A DNA stretch of 64,000 nt from NCBI RefSeq assembly GCF_009914755.1, contig NC_060931.1; one strand, given 5' to 3'. Positions 46,483 to 61,000 of the stretch are shown here, piece by piece. Positions within the stretch are counted from its first letter, which is position 1, and every line of letters starts with the position of its first letter. Source of the DNA: the human T2T-CHM13v2.0 reference genome, Homo sapiens. Both the position numbers and the translations under genes were made by a program. The notes under the pieces were generated by a model. It had not been told where the DNA came from. It did no database searches and saw only the letters and a list, made by a program, of their open reading frames with translations.

Positions 46483-48901
46483 TGAGTTCGTCCGTTGGCA
46501 GTGCTGTAAAGGAATACCTGAGACCGGGTCATTTATAAAGAAAAGAGCTTTATTTGCTTCATGGTTTATTTGGTTCAGGCTGTACAAGAAGCATAGCATT
46601 GGCATCTGCCTCTGGTGAGGGCCTCAGGAAGCTCCCAATCATGGTGCAAGATGAAGGGCAGTCAGTGTACCCCACGGCAAGTGGGAGCAAGACAGACGGG
46701 GAGGTCCCTGACTCATTTTAACAACCGGATCACGTGTGAACTCAGAATGAGAACTCACTCATTACTGTGAGGAAGGCACCAAACCACTCATGAGGGATCC
46801 ACCCCCATGACCAAAACACCTTCCACCAGGCCCCACCTCCAACACTGGGGATCACATTTCAGCATGAGATTTGGAGAGGACACACATTCAAACCATATCA
46901 TTCCACCCCTGACCCCCCAAATCTCATGTTTTTCGCACATTGCAAAATACAACCATCCCTTCTCCCTGGTCCTCTGAAGTCGTGACTTTTTCTAGCATTA
47001 ACTTAAAAGTCCCAAGTCCAAAGTCGCATCAGAGACTCAAAGCAAATTCCTTCCATCTATAAGCCTGTAAAATAAAAAACAATTTACTTCCCAGATACAA
47101 TGGTGGTACAGGCATTGAGTAATGATTCCCTTTCCAAAAGGGAGAAACTGGCCAAAAGAAATGGGGGACAGGCCCTGCGCAGTCCGAAACCTAGCAGGAT
47201 AGACATGAAACCTCAACGCTCCAACATCATCTCCCTGACTGCATGTCCTGCATCCTGGGCACACTGGTGTGAGGGGTGGGCTCCCACGGCCCTGAGCAGC
47301 TCTGCCCCTGAGACTTTGCAGGTTGCATCCCCCATGGCTGCTCTCCAGGTTGGACTTGAGTGCCTGTAACTCCTCTAGGCAAGCTGCTGGTGGCTCTACC
47401 ATCCTAGGGTCTGGAGGGTGGTGGCCTCATTTCCACAGGTCCACTAGGCAGTACCCCAGTGGGGACTCTACGTGGAGGGTCCATCTTACATTTCTGCTCA
47501 GCATTGCCCTAGTAATCTCTCTGCAGGGACTCTGGGTGGAAATATAGGTGGAAGCTGCCAAGCCTCCTTCACTTTTGCACTCTGTGCACCTGCAGTCTTA
47601 ATACCACAAGGAAACCGCCAAGGCTTACAACTTGTGCCCTCCGAAGTGGTGGCCTGAGCTGTACCTGGGGCCCTTTGAGCCAAAGCTGGAGCTGGGGTGC
47701 CAGGGATGTGGGGAACACTGTTCTGAGGCTGAGCAGGGTAGCAGAGGCCCTGGGCCTGGCCCACAAAACCTTTCTTTCCTTCTAGGCCTCTGGGACTGTG
47801 ATGGGAGGGGCTATCCTGAAGACTTCTGAAACGGCTTTGAGGCCCTTTCCCATTGTCTTGGCCATTAGCGCTTGGCTCCCTTTTAGTCATGCAAATCTCT
47901 AGGAAGTGGCTGCTTCAGCTCCCTTCAGTTCCTCTCCTGAAAACGCTTTTCCTTCCCTACCACAAGGTTAGGCTGCAAATTTTCCAAATTTTTACACTCT
48001 GCTTCCCTTTTAAATGTAAGTGTTAATTTTAAGTCATTTCCTTTTTCCTGTATCTGAACGTAGGCTGGTAGATGCAACCACACCACATCTTGAATGCCTT
48101 GCTGCTTAGAAATTTCTTCCACCAGATACCCTAGGTCATCACTCTTAAGTTCAAACTTCCACAGATTCCCAGGACTTGGACACAATGCAGCCCAGCTCTT
48201 TGCTGAGGTGTAAAGGGTGATCTTGGCCCCAGTTCCCAATAAGTTCCTCATTTCCACCTGAGACCTCATCATCCTGGACTTCACTGTCTATATTTCTATC
48301 AGCATTTTGGTCACAACCAGTTAACAAGTTTCTAAGAAGTTCCAAACTTTCCCCTTGTCTTCCTGTCTTCTTCTGAGCATCTTCAAACTCTTCTACCTCT
48401 TCCCATTACTTAGCTCCAAAGCCACTTCCACACCTTCAGGTATCTATCTTTATAGCAACACCCTACTCCTCAGTACCAATTTTGTGTATTAGTCAATTTG
48501 CGTTGCTGTAAAGGAATACCTGAGCCTGGGTAATTTACAAAGAAAAGAGGTTTATTTGGCTCACAGTTCGGAAGGCTGTACACGAAGCATAGTGTTGGCA
48601 TTTGCTTCTGGTGAGGGCTTCAGGAAGCTTCCAATCATGGCAGAAGGTGAAGGGGAGCCAGCATATGTGGCGAGAGGGAGCAAGAGAGGTGGAATTGGGA
48701 GGGGAACCCCGACTCTTTTTAATAACCAGGTCTTGCATGAACTCAGAGCGAGAACTCACTCATTAACATGAGAACAGCATCAAACCATTCACAAGGAATC
48801 CACCTCCATGACCCAAACACTTCCTACCAGGCCCCACCTCTAACCTTGGGGATCACATTTCAGCATGTGATTCGGAGGGAACACACATCCAAACTATATC
48901 A
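46483..48901 (-). mobile_element. Complete MaLR provirus (MSTA/MSTB-like): LTR - internal - LTR
   Basis: LTRs at 46483-46900 and 48485-48901, internal region 46901-48484 with a purine tract next to the 3' LTR, and a perfect 5-bp TSD CTGGC (46478-46482, 48902-48906). Confidence 0.9.
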
Positions 48902-48991
48902 CTGGCGACTCTTGGCAGATCACAACTTTGAGCATCACTTTTCTCCTTTGTAGACATGAAAGTTCTGGCTAGCTGTCATTTGGGCTCCTTA

Positions 48992-49922
<931 letters not shown>

Positions 49923-49944
49923 CAAATTTATTTTTCTTATAAGG

Positions 49945-50284
49945 CAGGGATCCCAACCCCCAGGCCATGGACTGGTCTGGTCTGTGGCTTGTTAGGAACT
50001 GGGCCATACAGCAGGAGGTGAGCAGGGGGCGAGCAAGCATTACCAGCTGAGCTCTGCCTCCTGTCAGAGCAGCGGTGGCTACAGATTCTCATGGGAGTAC
50101 GAACCCTATTATGAACTGTGCGTGCGAGGGACCTAGGTTGCATGCTCCTGATGAGACTCTAACTAATGCCTCATGATCTAAGATGGAACAGTTTCATCCT
50201 GAAACCATCCCCTCAACTCCAGTCCGTGGAAAAATTGTCTTCCATGAAACTGGTCCCTGGTGCCAAAAAGGTTGGGGACCACTG
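49945..50284 (+). mobile_element. MER1B-like hAT-Charlie DNA transposon
   Basis: TIRs CAGGGATCCCAACC...GGTTGGGGACCACTG with an 8-bp TSD TTATAAGG/TTCTAAGG. Confidence 0.85.
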
Positions 50285-52939
50285 TTCTAAGGACACCAGC
50301 CATTGGTTTAGGGTCTGCTCTAATCCAGTATGTGCTCACTTTAACTTTGTTCGTTGGTAATGACCCTATTTCCAAATAGAGTCACATTCACAGGTACTGG
50401 GAATGAAGACTTCAACATGCCTTTTGCCGGGAGGCAACTCAACCCACAGCCCCCCTCAGTCCAAGTCCCCAGGGGGTGGTGAGTGGCCTGGCCACCTCTG
50501 CGGTCCCACAGTCCTGTCACTCCGGCCCGTGCTCCCTCCTAATCTGGACAATAAGAGCCCTGTGCCATTATTGTCCAAGCCAGTGCTTCTCAAAATGCAG
50601 CCCCTGAGCTCGCAGCAGCAGCAGCAGCAGCGTCCCTGGAACTTGGAAGACATGCAGATGTCCTGCACCTGACGGGGCCTCTGCAATCAGGGACTGTGCG
50701 GGGGAAGCCAGCCTGTGTCAGCGAGCCATCCAGGTCACTCTGATACAAGCCAATATGTGGTAACTGCCGAGCCAGGCGGCTGCGCTGGCTTAGAGCTGTT
50801 ACTGTCATTCTACAACTTTACAACAATGCCCCAGACACAGAAAAGGTTGCGCCTTGGAACGATTTCTGTTATGGGATAATAAAAATCCCGACGTCAGAGC
50901 TAAGGAATGTGACCTTCCGCTGCTCCAGTTGTAACTCCCTGCTGTCCTCCTGCTTGAGCCTTTTAGGGTAAAGTTCAGCACATATCACCCTCGTCAACCG
51001 CGCCCCGTAAGGCAGCCACAGAGTCCTGTGCTGATGTACTTGAATTCCTTGCTGATCTGATGATGATGGGAGCAGGAGGGGAGTGGAGGGATATACAGAA
51101 CGCCAGGCGGCAGCCACGCGGTGCAGGCAGAGGCTCTCTCCTCGCAGGAGCCTGCCAGCTGGCTGTTGTGTTCTTGTAGGGAATAAATCAGGAGGCACAG
51201 CTCTGCCCGGGGCTTTCTTGGGCAGTAGGAGGAACTGGGTGAAAGGTCTTGGCTGCTGAGGCCACAATATTTCCCGAATCCTGTGCTATTTCTTGTGAAA
51301 CTACGAATCCAAGACTGTTTCCTAGATTGTGGCAGATGTGGGACCCGGGGGGACCTTCAGAGTCATCTCCCAGGCGACTCTCTCCTTTGCAGATGAGGAG
51401 CTGAGGTCCCACCGCTCAGAAGCTGACTGGGCAGGTCAGCAGCCTCCCTGGCCAGGACACAATCTGCTGCGCTGCCACAGGGTCTGGCTGGGCAGGTGTG
51501 GGACTGAGCTCTGGGGACCAATAGTGACACCGCACAGGCAACCTTCAGCATGCTGGACATGAGAACGAGGGCGGGCCTGCAATCCTCGGATCACTGTGTT
51601 GGTAGTTCTTAGTAGATCATACTGTTCTTGATGCCTTGGGCCAGACTGGAATGAAATATTTTTTCTCGGATTTGGTAAACTCGTTTGCTGGGGTAAGTCG
51701 TGGTGTTCCGTATTGCTTTGGATGTGTAGCCCAGGAATAAGATGGCAGCACTGCAGGATTCCGGAGCCACCCACAGCACCGACTGCTGCTGGAGATACAC
51801 AATCATGGGCACTCGTGAAGCTGCAGAAACTCACGGGGACCCTGACACCAGGTGAGAGCTCCAGCTGGCAGTCTGAGGTTAGCACACCCGTCCTCAGGAC
51901 TGTGGCTTGGTGCTTCTATAGCACTTTGGAAACATCCAGGGTTTTCATACTTTTGGCTGTGACAACGATCCCTGGTGAAGGGAAGTTTTAAAATAAAAGA
52001 AGATCACAAAATATAAAGGAGTTGCCCAAAGGTTTTTATTAGCTGTAGAGGGGGCCAGGACCGGAATGTTCCAAGTCTTTGTCCCTGACTGGGGATGAAG
52101 CTCTGACTGGGGTTCCCTGTGGACAGGCTCATGGGCTATGTCCCAATGTGGTGTGGTGGAAACACAGACTAAGTGGGGGATCAAGTAGCTGCCCCTTGAC
52201 CTCTCTGGACCTCGGGTTCCATGATCTGAAAACAAGGATGTTAAATTAGATCTGATTCTTTCCAGTTCTAACCCCACAGCAGCTCTCACCTGGCCATTCT
52301 GTTGCCCTCTAGGAAGTCATTGAGGTAGGGAGGATGGGCAACACAAAAATTGTTTTTTTTCTTTATATAAAACATCCCCTTCTTGGGGGAGGGTAACGAG
52401 GTGGAATGGTTCTGGAATCTCCCAAGGAATGCTTTGAAGGCATCCTGGTTCAAGGATTGCTAGGCAGTGTGGGCAACCGGAGTAACCACAGCATCCAGAG
52501 GCTTCTGCGAGCACACACACCTCCTGGAACCTCAGGCTCTGCTGAGGAGGCTCTGGCACAGGGGCAAGGCAGCAGTGTGCACACCTCTTAGACTGGGGCA
52601 GCAGCCTGCAGGCACTACAGATATTCCCCTGAGAGCCCAGACCTCTACAAGCATTGCTATGAGGCAGCAGCACATTCTGGGGCATCTGAGTGACTTTCAG
52701 ACCTCTGGGTACAGCTGCAATCTCAGTCTGTTTGTATTAACAATGGCAGAGGGCACTGAGCAGGAGCAGCCCTTCTTTGTTGGGAGCTGGTGTCAGGTGG
52801 ACTCAATAACGACAGGTCAAATGGCAGCACAATGCACTGTATACATGGTGGGGAATTTTAATCACACAGCAACAGGTGCAGGCTAAATTCAAAAGAACCT
52901 GTCCAGAAGGTGGTGCCCTACAAAGGCGCCTCTGCTCAT

Positions 52940-54046
52940 TCATTCAGCAGCCACACCATCAGGAACTGTGCAGTAAGGACCCCAGGAACCTAATGAGAAC
53001 ACTGGCAAAAACTGTCCAAAAAAATAAACGTTTCCAGAGCTCCGGAAATTAACCAAAGGCTCATAACAATCCAGGGAGTGTTGAAGGAAATTGGCTGAAC
53101 CTCAGAGCAGTGAGCATTGTGGCATTTTTACTGGCCCTATTCACAGCCCTCCAAACCTCTGCCCCTGAGCTCCCTGGTAGCCTTGAAAGCAACAGCAGCA
53201 ATCCCCATAAAACTCAGCAGCTTAGCAGCCACAGGAAGGGTCAAGTTGGGGTTGGAGCTCAGTGACCTCATTTGCCTGGTCTGGTGGTTCCACCTGCAAG
53301 CTAGCCTGTGACCTGACTCTGAGCTAGGCTCACCCAGCACTTTCTCCCTGGGGACGTTTATCAAAACAATCAGCAGCAATTTAGTTGACACCGGGGCAAA
53401 CAACAAGCTAACAGAAACTGGAAAATGAGATGCCCACAGGGGGCCTGGGAAGCCATTATGTTTCTGGGGTTACACAAGAGCCTGCAGGCTCCAGGCTGAG
53501 TGCTGCTCATGAAATACCTAAATAAGTTGGGTAAGTAGAAGTGCTGACAGCAAAACTCTCCCCCCAACTTTTATACCCAACAAGACTATCCTTGAAAAAT
53601 AAAGAAGACATTCCCAGATAAACAAAACCCATGATAACCCATTGCCGGCAGACCTGCTCTAGAAGATATACCAAAGGAGCCCTTCAGGCTGAAAGAAAAG
53701 GACACTAGACAGTAACTTGAATCCTAATGAGGAGTAATAATGGGCACCTGTAAAGGCAACCACATAAGCATGTAGAAAAGACAACATCAATGTATTTTTT
53801 AATTGTAACTTCTTTTCTCTATTTGATTTAAAAGGCAACTTCATAAGCCAATTGTAAGCCTGTGCTGATGGGCATATAATATATAGAAATGTCATTTGCA
53901 TGACAATAGCAGCACAAATGAGAGAGGAACTGGAGCCAAGCTTTTGTATGCTATTGAAATTAAGTTGGTATGAATCTTAACTAGAGTGTTATAATAAAGT
54001 AAGATGTTAACTGTAATTCCCAGGGCAACTGCTAATAACTTAAAAT

Positions 54047-54079
<33 letters not shown>

Positions 54080-55270
54080 AAGGAAATTAAAATGGCACAG
54101 TAGAAAGTATCTATTTTATAGGCTCTGTGCTAGGAGGAGCTTGGAATCAAAGATGTCTGAGACACTGTCTCCACTCCAGCCAAATCTAGTCGAGTAATAC
54201 ACAACATACACAATACAAGGAACAAAAGTGATGATCAGTTATGACACATGCTGTACCATATGATAAAACATGAGTGCTTGGATAGATTCACAGAGAGGGG
54301 TGCTTCAGGCCATCCTAGAAGCCCCTGGGAAGAGACAATGTTGAGATCTGAAGGGTTAGAAGTCTCGGGAAGGGGTGTCCCAGGCAAAGGAAAGAGCCCC
54401 AGAAGCCCCCATGGCTAAGAGAGCTTTCTGGCTCTGGAAACTGATCAAGGCCACTAACTAGACAGGGTTGAGCTAAGCAGCAGCAAGGTCACTCTGAGCC
54501 TTGAGGCTGGGACACACGGATTTGGCACAATCATCACGGAGGGATTTTAAGCAAAGGAGCAACATGATACTGTTTTTACAAGCTGGCTTTGGCTGAGGTG
54601 TAGGGGCTCAGAGGGTGTCCCATTGCAGACCAGGATGCAGTGGAGACAAAAATGGACAAAACACAAGGTAGATTTTTGAAGGCAAGGCCCTTAGGATTTG
54701 TTGATGGATCGGATGGGAAGTATGAGGGTAGGGATAAAGAACAGCTCCCAAATTGCTAATTTTCATACGGACCCAGTGAATAATGGTGTCATTTCCTGAA
54801 ACAGGAAGTCCAAGAGAGGACCAGGTTTCCAAGGAAAATCAAGAATTCAGTTTTGGACATAGTAAACTTGAGATGCCTATAAAACACCCAAGTAGAGAGT
54901 CTGTCAAGATCAGCCTGGAGCCCAAAGAGGTCAAGGTGGGAGATAGACATTTTGGACTCTTCTGGTTACACAGAGTTACAGCTATGCTTGAAGAGTATCA
55001 AGGCAGAGGGTGTAGGCAGGAAAAAAGGTCTGCTGAGAGGTTTGATACAGAACAGCCAAGGAGACCAATGCACCAGCAGAGCTGGCAGGCTGACCAGGAG
55101 ATGGTGGGGTAATGATGACGCAGGGGAGACGGCGGTGAACTGTGTGGAATGCTACCGAGAGGTCAAGAAAGCAACCGGAAACTACTAGATTTGGTGACAA
55201 GCAGGTGAGAAGCCATTCAGGCAAGAGCATGGCTGGTGAACCAGTGGGGAGAGATGTCCAGAGTGGATGG
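52940..55270. mobile_element. Old L1 5'/ORF1 fragments, (CA)n at about 54047-54073, and L2-like sequence
   Basis: L1 motif AAGACATTCCCAGATAAACAAAA and L2 motif GAATTCAGTTTTGGACAT...TTGAGATGCCTAT. Confidence 0.65.
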
Positions 55271-55462
55271 ACAATTTAGTTTTAACAAAATTCTATCACA
55301 CTAATTTTAATTTGTAATGTGATTTTATAATTTGTATTTTAAAATTTAATTTTGAACTGCAAAATATTTTGGATATAGTTTTATAGTTGCACTTCCTGTA
55401 TTTCAATAAATCTAAGACTACACTTACGTACCACAAAGAAAAGCATTACCTTTTCAACACAA

Positions 55463-55769
55463 TTTTTTTTTTTTTTTTTTAAGAGACAGGTCTGGCTATG
55501 TTGCTAGCTGGAGGGCAGTGGCTACTTACAGGCACACTCCCACTACTAATCAGCTCAGGAGTTCTGAGCGCTGTTTCCAGGTTGGATGGCTTCACCCTTC
55601 CGCAGGCAACCTGGCGGTCCCTAGCTCCCAGGTCACCGTATTGATGCCGAACTCAGTGTACACACAGGATTAGCACGGCATACTACAGCCCAGAACGCCT
55701 GGGCTCCAGCAATCTCCCACCTCAGCCTCCTGAGTAGCCAGGACTACAGGCACATGCATCATGCCCAGT
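55463..55769 (-). pseudogene. 7SL (SRP RNA) processed pseudogene
   Basis: Alu-domain ends enclose the SRP S-domain (GAGTTCGGCATCAATACGGTGACC, CCAGGTTGCC, GGGTGAA), which Alus lack; A-tail at 55463-55480. Confidence 0.9.
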
Positions 55770-55806
55770 GACAATGTTTTATCACTGATTATAAGACTAA
55801 TGCTCT

Positions 55807-56123
<317 letters not shown>

Positions 56124-56860
56124 TCAATCAAGTAAACGAGTCAACTGTCTTCTTGGGATTGCTGCCTTGGGCAGCTGGACGGGGGCCTACCCTGTGTGGC
56201 ATCTCCAAGGTTCAGCGCAGGATTGACGGCACACAGGGGTGCAGGTTTCTCTGCTGTGTTCATGGCACTCAGAGAAGTGTCTGGCACATGGCAGGTCCCC
56301 AGGGCATATCTGAAGGAATGTGTGCACTGCGTCACATAAAGAAATGATACTATGCTCCCTCCACTCAGGAGGTCCAGTCCTTAAAGGACCACCTCAGGAG
56401 AGTTCAGTTGAACTTGAGTTTCTAGTACAATATGCTGTTCTAAGTTCCATTTACATAGACATAACTGGATGGACTAGGTCCCCATTTTCTGTTCAGTGCT
56501 CTTACATTTTTAGTCCTAAGAATAACCCTGGTAATAAGTAACAATACTGTGTTGTCAAAATTTAAAAGGTGATTATTTGGCCAGGCATAGTGGCTTAGGC
56601 CTGTAATCCTAGCTACTCAGGAAGATCACTTGAGCATGAGCCCAAGAGTTTGAGGCTGCAGTGAGCTATGATCTGCACTCTAGTCTGGGTGACAGAGCGA
56701 GACCCTGTCTTTAAAAATGTATTTGGTGGAAGTCTTCTAAAGCAGAAATTTCATCCTGGAATGACAAATGAGGCAAAAATATTTAAAAGATCCAAATTAA
56801 TGGCATGTGTTTTAAGAACATAATTTTTCATTAACAATCAACTGCAAAGCAAAACTATAT

Positions 56861-56866
56861 TTTATT
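56861..56866 (-). terminator. RHEB: RHEB distal polyadenylation signal AATAAA
   Basis: TTTATT on the plus strand, followed on the minus strand by U/GU-rich sequence; about 1.1 kb after the stop codon. Confidence 0.75.
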
Positions 56867-57555
56867 AATAAAGTCAATGGTAACATTTGCTTACGTATTA
56901 GAAATAGCCCTGTGAAATTTTAGCTGCAAAAGGGAATCGTTTAAAAAGCACTGCTCAACTCCAAGTTTGACTTACAGACAAGGTAACAGCCACCAAACAA
57001 ATGAAATCCCTCTTCTCCTTTACAGCTGCTCCTTGGACAGAGGGAGGCCCGTCATCTGGGTCTGAAGGAGGCTCCCAAGACTCTGACACAGAACACTAAA
57101 CTCCAGGGTGTTCTAGGACAGTGACAGGCAAGGCTGTTCTCAATCATCTCCTGTCTGACACGGACATCGAGCTAAGCTATGAGCAAGGGCGAACAATGCC
57201 TCTCAGCAGCTCCTCCTCCTTGACCAGGCTCCCGACCACGGAGCATTTCAGTCAAGGTCTAGGGATTTGAGGGTGGAAGGAGAGAATTTCATCACTGGGG
57301 AGGAACTCCCCTCACAGACCCCCCAGGGCCACTCAGCTTCAATCAGCTGTAACCCAGCCCCAACATCTGCAGGCCACTGCGCAGGGAGTCCACGGTCAGC
57401 AGCCACCTCAGCACACCTCCTCCTGTGGCCACATCTTCACTGGTTTCTGGAATCCAACCTGGGGCCTTCCTGAAGCCAAGTGAGAAACTCAGGACAAGGC
57501 TTCTCTTCTTTGAAAGCCACATCAAGTAGCACAAAGGACTGAGGTTTGCAGCTAT

Positions 57556-57561
57556 TTTATT
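57556..57561 (-). terminator. RHEB: RHEB proximal polyadenylation signal AATAAA
   Basis: TTTATT on the plus strand at the end of an AU-rich UTR block with upstream UGUA motifs; about 390 nt after the stop codon. Confidence 0.75.
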
Positions 57562-57949
57562 TACAAGTATACATTTAACACAATGAAATAAACACTGATA
57601 TACTGAAGCCTAGTTAATAGTAGTGTAACAATATGCATCATTTTGATGATTACATTATTTTAAACAACAAACTACACTGAAAAATTAATGCCGATAAAAT
57701 TCTTGGTCATAATATTAAGAAATACAATATATAAATTGAAAATATGATTGCTTAAAATTTGAAAATGGAAGTGAACTCATTTGGACAGACTCAGAGTTAA
57801 CATAATCTGAAGGGAGGGGAGCTCTGACCCAAATGATATCTTTCAGGTTAACAGAAGAAAAAAGAAGCATAGTTTATCTTCAAGGAGAACGGGCAGTTTG
57901 CTTCTTCAGGTAGAATATATTCCCAGTGTCCTCAGGCTTTGCAGCAGAA

Positions 57950-58042
57950 TCACATCACCGAGCATGAAGACTTGCCTTGTGAAGCTGCCCCGTCCATTTT
58001 TTCTGCCTCCAAAATTATCCTTCGAAAAACATCCACAGCAGT
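57950..58042 (-). CDS. RHEB: RHEB GTPase last coding exon
   Basis: CTTTTCAG|ACT; TAVDVFRRIILEAEKMDGAASQGKSSCSVM* ending in the CAAX box CSVM. Confidence 0.98.
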   Translation of the reverse strand, partial: TAVDVFRRIILEAEKMDGAASQGKSSCSVM

Positions 58043-61000
58043 CTGAAAAGAGAAAGAAACCCAATCACAGTGTTAGTGTGAAGCCGAACTCCAAGAGTAT
58101 TTTACGGACTGAGGAGGGCGTGCCGCCTGCCCTGCCCTCCTACTGGTGGAGGAGGAGGGGTTCTGGTGAGCCCCAGAACTTCAGGGCCCCCCGACGCCCA
58201 GTAAGGCCACTGTCCACCCCTCCTGACCCAGACCATAACCAGCCTCCGATTGTGCTTTTGACCCTGTTTCCTTCAGGCACCAGGAGACGCCCGAAGAGTC
58301 CTCACTCCCAGACTCACCACCATCTCCTGTCCCACTCCACCCCATGACCCCCACCCCAGTGTCCTCTGGACCTCAGGGTCCCTCTTCACTTCTGGCACTA
58401 TCTTTCCTCCTTTCCTACGGGACATACTCTCCCAGCAGCCCTTGCCTCTCACATCCTTGACACTAAGAGGCCTGAAGTGGGGAAGGCACCCTCCGTGCTC
58501 CTGAGATGCCACGATGCCAGCCTCCAACACCTCTGTGGCGTAATTCTCGGTCATTTCAATCCACAAACTGCCCTCCCTATCTCCTGGCCTCTCCTCTCCT
58601 GCCCGTCTTCCTGCCCTCAGCCTCAGCCCAGGGTCAACCCCACCAGTCCTTCACCACAGACAGGAATCATGGCCACTTGGAGCAGGAACTCTTCCTACAC
58701 TGAGTGGGGAGGAGAACTGTCAGACCCTGTCCTTTATTTTTCCTTTTTTGTTATACAGATTGGAGGTTTCTATGTTGCCCAGGCTGGCCTCGAAAGCCTA
58801 GCCTCGCCTCCTTATGCACCAGGACAACAGGCCTGAGCCACCGTGACTCCCAGACCCTGTCCTTGAAATGCAGTCCTGTGGTCATGAAAAACTGCCCCTG
58901 TTCTCAGAAGCCCCACAGGAAGTACCCTGTTCTCCTAATCACCAAGAATCCCCCTCCCCCATCACTCCAGTGACTTCCACTATCCCACGAAACCAGAACA
59001 CACCAACTGCCAGCGTCCCACCACACCACCTTCCCAGCTCTTTCTCTAGCTATCCTGAAGCAACAATTCTCAGCCCCACAAGGGGCCTGATTTGTTGACC
59101 CTATTATTACATCTCCTCTGTCCCTTAACCACTTCTTGCTGCTCCTTTCCCTCTCGGTCAGCTCAGACTCAGCAGGCCACCATGGCGCCACTGTACTTCA
59201 ACTCCCTTCCCTACCAACTGTCGCTGGCACGGTGCCCGCGGCCACACCGTAAACGCTGCCCAGGGAAAACACACACCGCTCACTGCTGACCTCACACCCA
59301 TGACCAGGAACCTGGCGCAGACACTTGGTGCTGCCTAGCCACCCGCCTGCATCCCTGGATCTGGGCACTCCCCAGAGAAAGCATCCACGCCTTGTCCCTT
59401 CTCCTCAAATGTTCCCCGTGCTTACGCTCAGCTGAAAACCTTGTTTTACACACTTCACTGGAAAACAGAAGCCACATTCATGAAAGAACTCCACATCCTC
59501 CATCCACCAAGCTGACCCACCCACTTGAATGTGGGCTCCCATCCTCAGCCTTCTGTCCTGTTGGTATGAATGAGGCGTCTGTCCTCCTAGTTAACTGAAG
59601 CCAACCCCAGGTCCCACCCCGCTTGTCTAATCTAGGTCACCGGCTTCAGATCACCTGATTGACAGGAAGCAGTGTGTAGAGAAAAAAGGACTAGATGTGG
59701 ATGAGATCTACAATTCAGTCCTAGTTCTTATACCACGTAAGGTAGTGGGTGATCTTAGAAAAGTCATTTAACTTCTCTGAAACTTAATTTCCTCACTTCT
59801 AAAATGAGGCGGTTTAACTACATGATCTGAAGGATACAGTCCATAGGCACTCAATGGATTTAATTCAATTTTTAAAATATAGGTATCTCTTAACTATCTC
59901 AATTCTTATTTGAATTCTGTGTATACTCAGAAACTGAGCTGACTTCGATAAATCCCTTGCTATCTGGAACTTGGGAACGAATTACACACATCTGTTTAAT
60001 CAGTTTTTTTCATCCGCACATAAGAGGACATAACCACATGGATTCACTATCCCTCCATATCCCAACACAGGACAAAGCCAATTTGACTATCACAGGATAC
60101 TTGGGCTGACGGATAACCCACTGTGCTAAACATTATGAAGGATATTTATATAAATGATACTGACTCAGATCTCAGAACAAATTAAGAGGGCTAAGAGAAG
60201 AAACCACAGTTTCTTTCAGCTGGATGGATCCAGAGGGGGTCAACAAGAAGGTGAAATCTAGGTGGGGCCTTGAGGACTACAAACCTCCGTGCTGCGGAGA
60301 GGGGCGGGGCAGGGAAGGAAGAGTGCCAAGGCTGCTGGCGCCCGGCCCTCCAGGGAGGAGGCACCACCCTACTATACTAGAGTTTCCTCAGAGAAATGAA
60401 AACCAAGTCATCTTACCTGAGGATCAAACACCACCACATGTTGAAAACACATTCAAAATATAAAACCCCACATGAACCTAAGTAGATACTTAGAGAAGGG
60501 CTATTTTAAACCGGAGGGGAGCATGAGGAAAGGTGAGACATTTTGAAAGTGGGGTGGACAGGAGATGGTGTGTTTAAGGAAGGGAGCAGTTTGATGTGAT
60601 GGAAAGTACAAGAACGTGGTGAGAGAAGAAACTAGAAAAGAACAAATTATTGACTGCATTCAGGACCAGGCGAAGGGTTCTATAGAGAAGGGGCAGTTCA
60701 CTGACAGTTTCTGAGTAGAGGATGATACCATCAGATGTGTATCTTTAGAAAATTAAGGGCAGCAAAAAAAATGTATAGGTGAAAAATGCACTGGGGGCGG
60801 GAGACAAGCTTGGTGCCGGGGGTCTAAATTAGAGCAATGGAAGAGAAGGGCTCATACAGGACTGTGAAGCCTCCGGAGGCAGAATCTACATCCTTCCCAG
60901 AACATGCCTTTGAAGGCACATCTGCGGGGTGAAATTGGTACTAAATGCTTATAAGATGGTTCTTCATCATTTCTATGTTAACAATTAACACGTACGTCTG

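Noticed and set aside
47037-48345. ORFs within the MST internal region as a functional gene
   Set aside because: Fragmented across frames; decayed MaLR internal ORF.
50750-50971. Plus-strand frame with two CxxC motifs (ICGNC...FRCSSC) suggesting a zinc-binding domain
   Set aside because: The first motif falls in the end of a MER5-like transposon, and no start codon or matching splice sites were found; likely chance.
57898-58347. 149-aa plus-strand ORF
   Set aside because: Antisense shadow of the RHEB last exon and intron.
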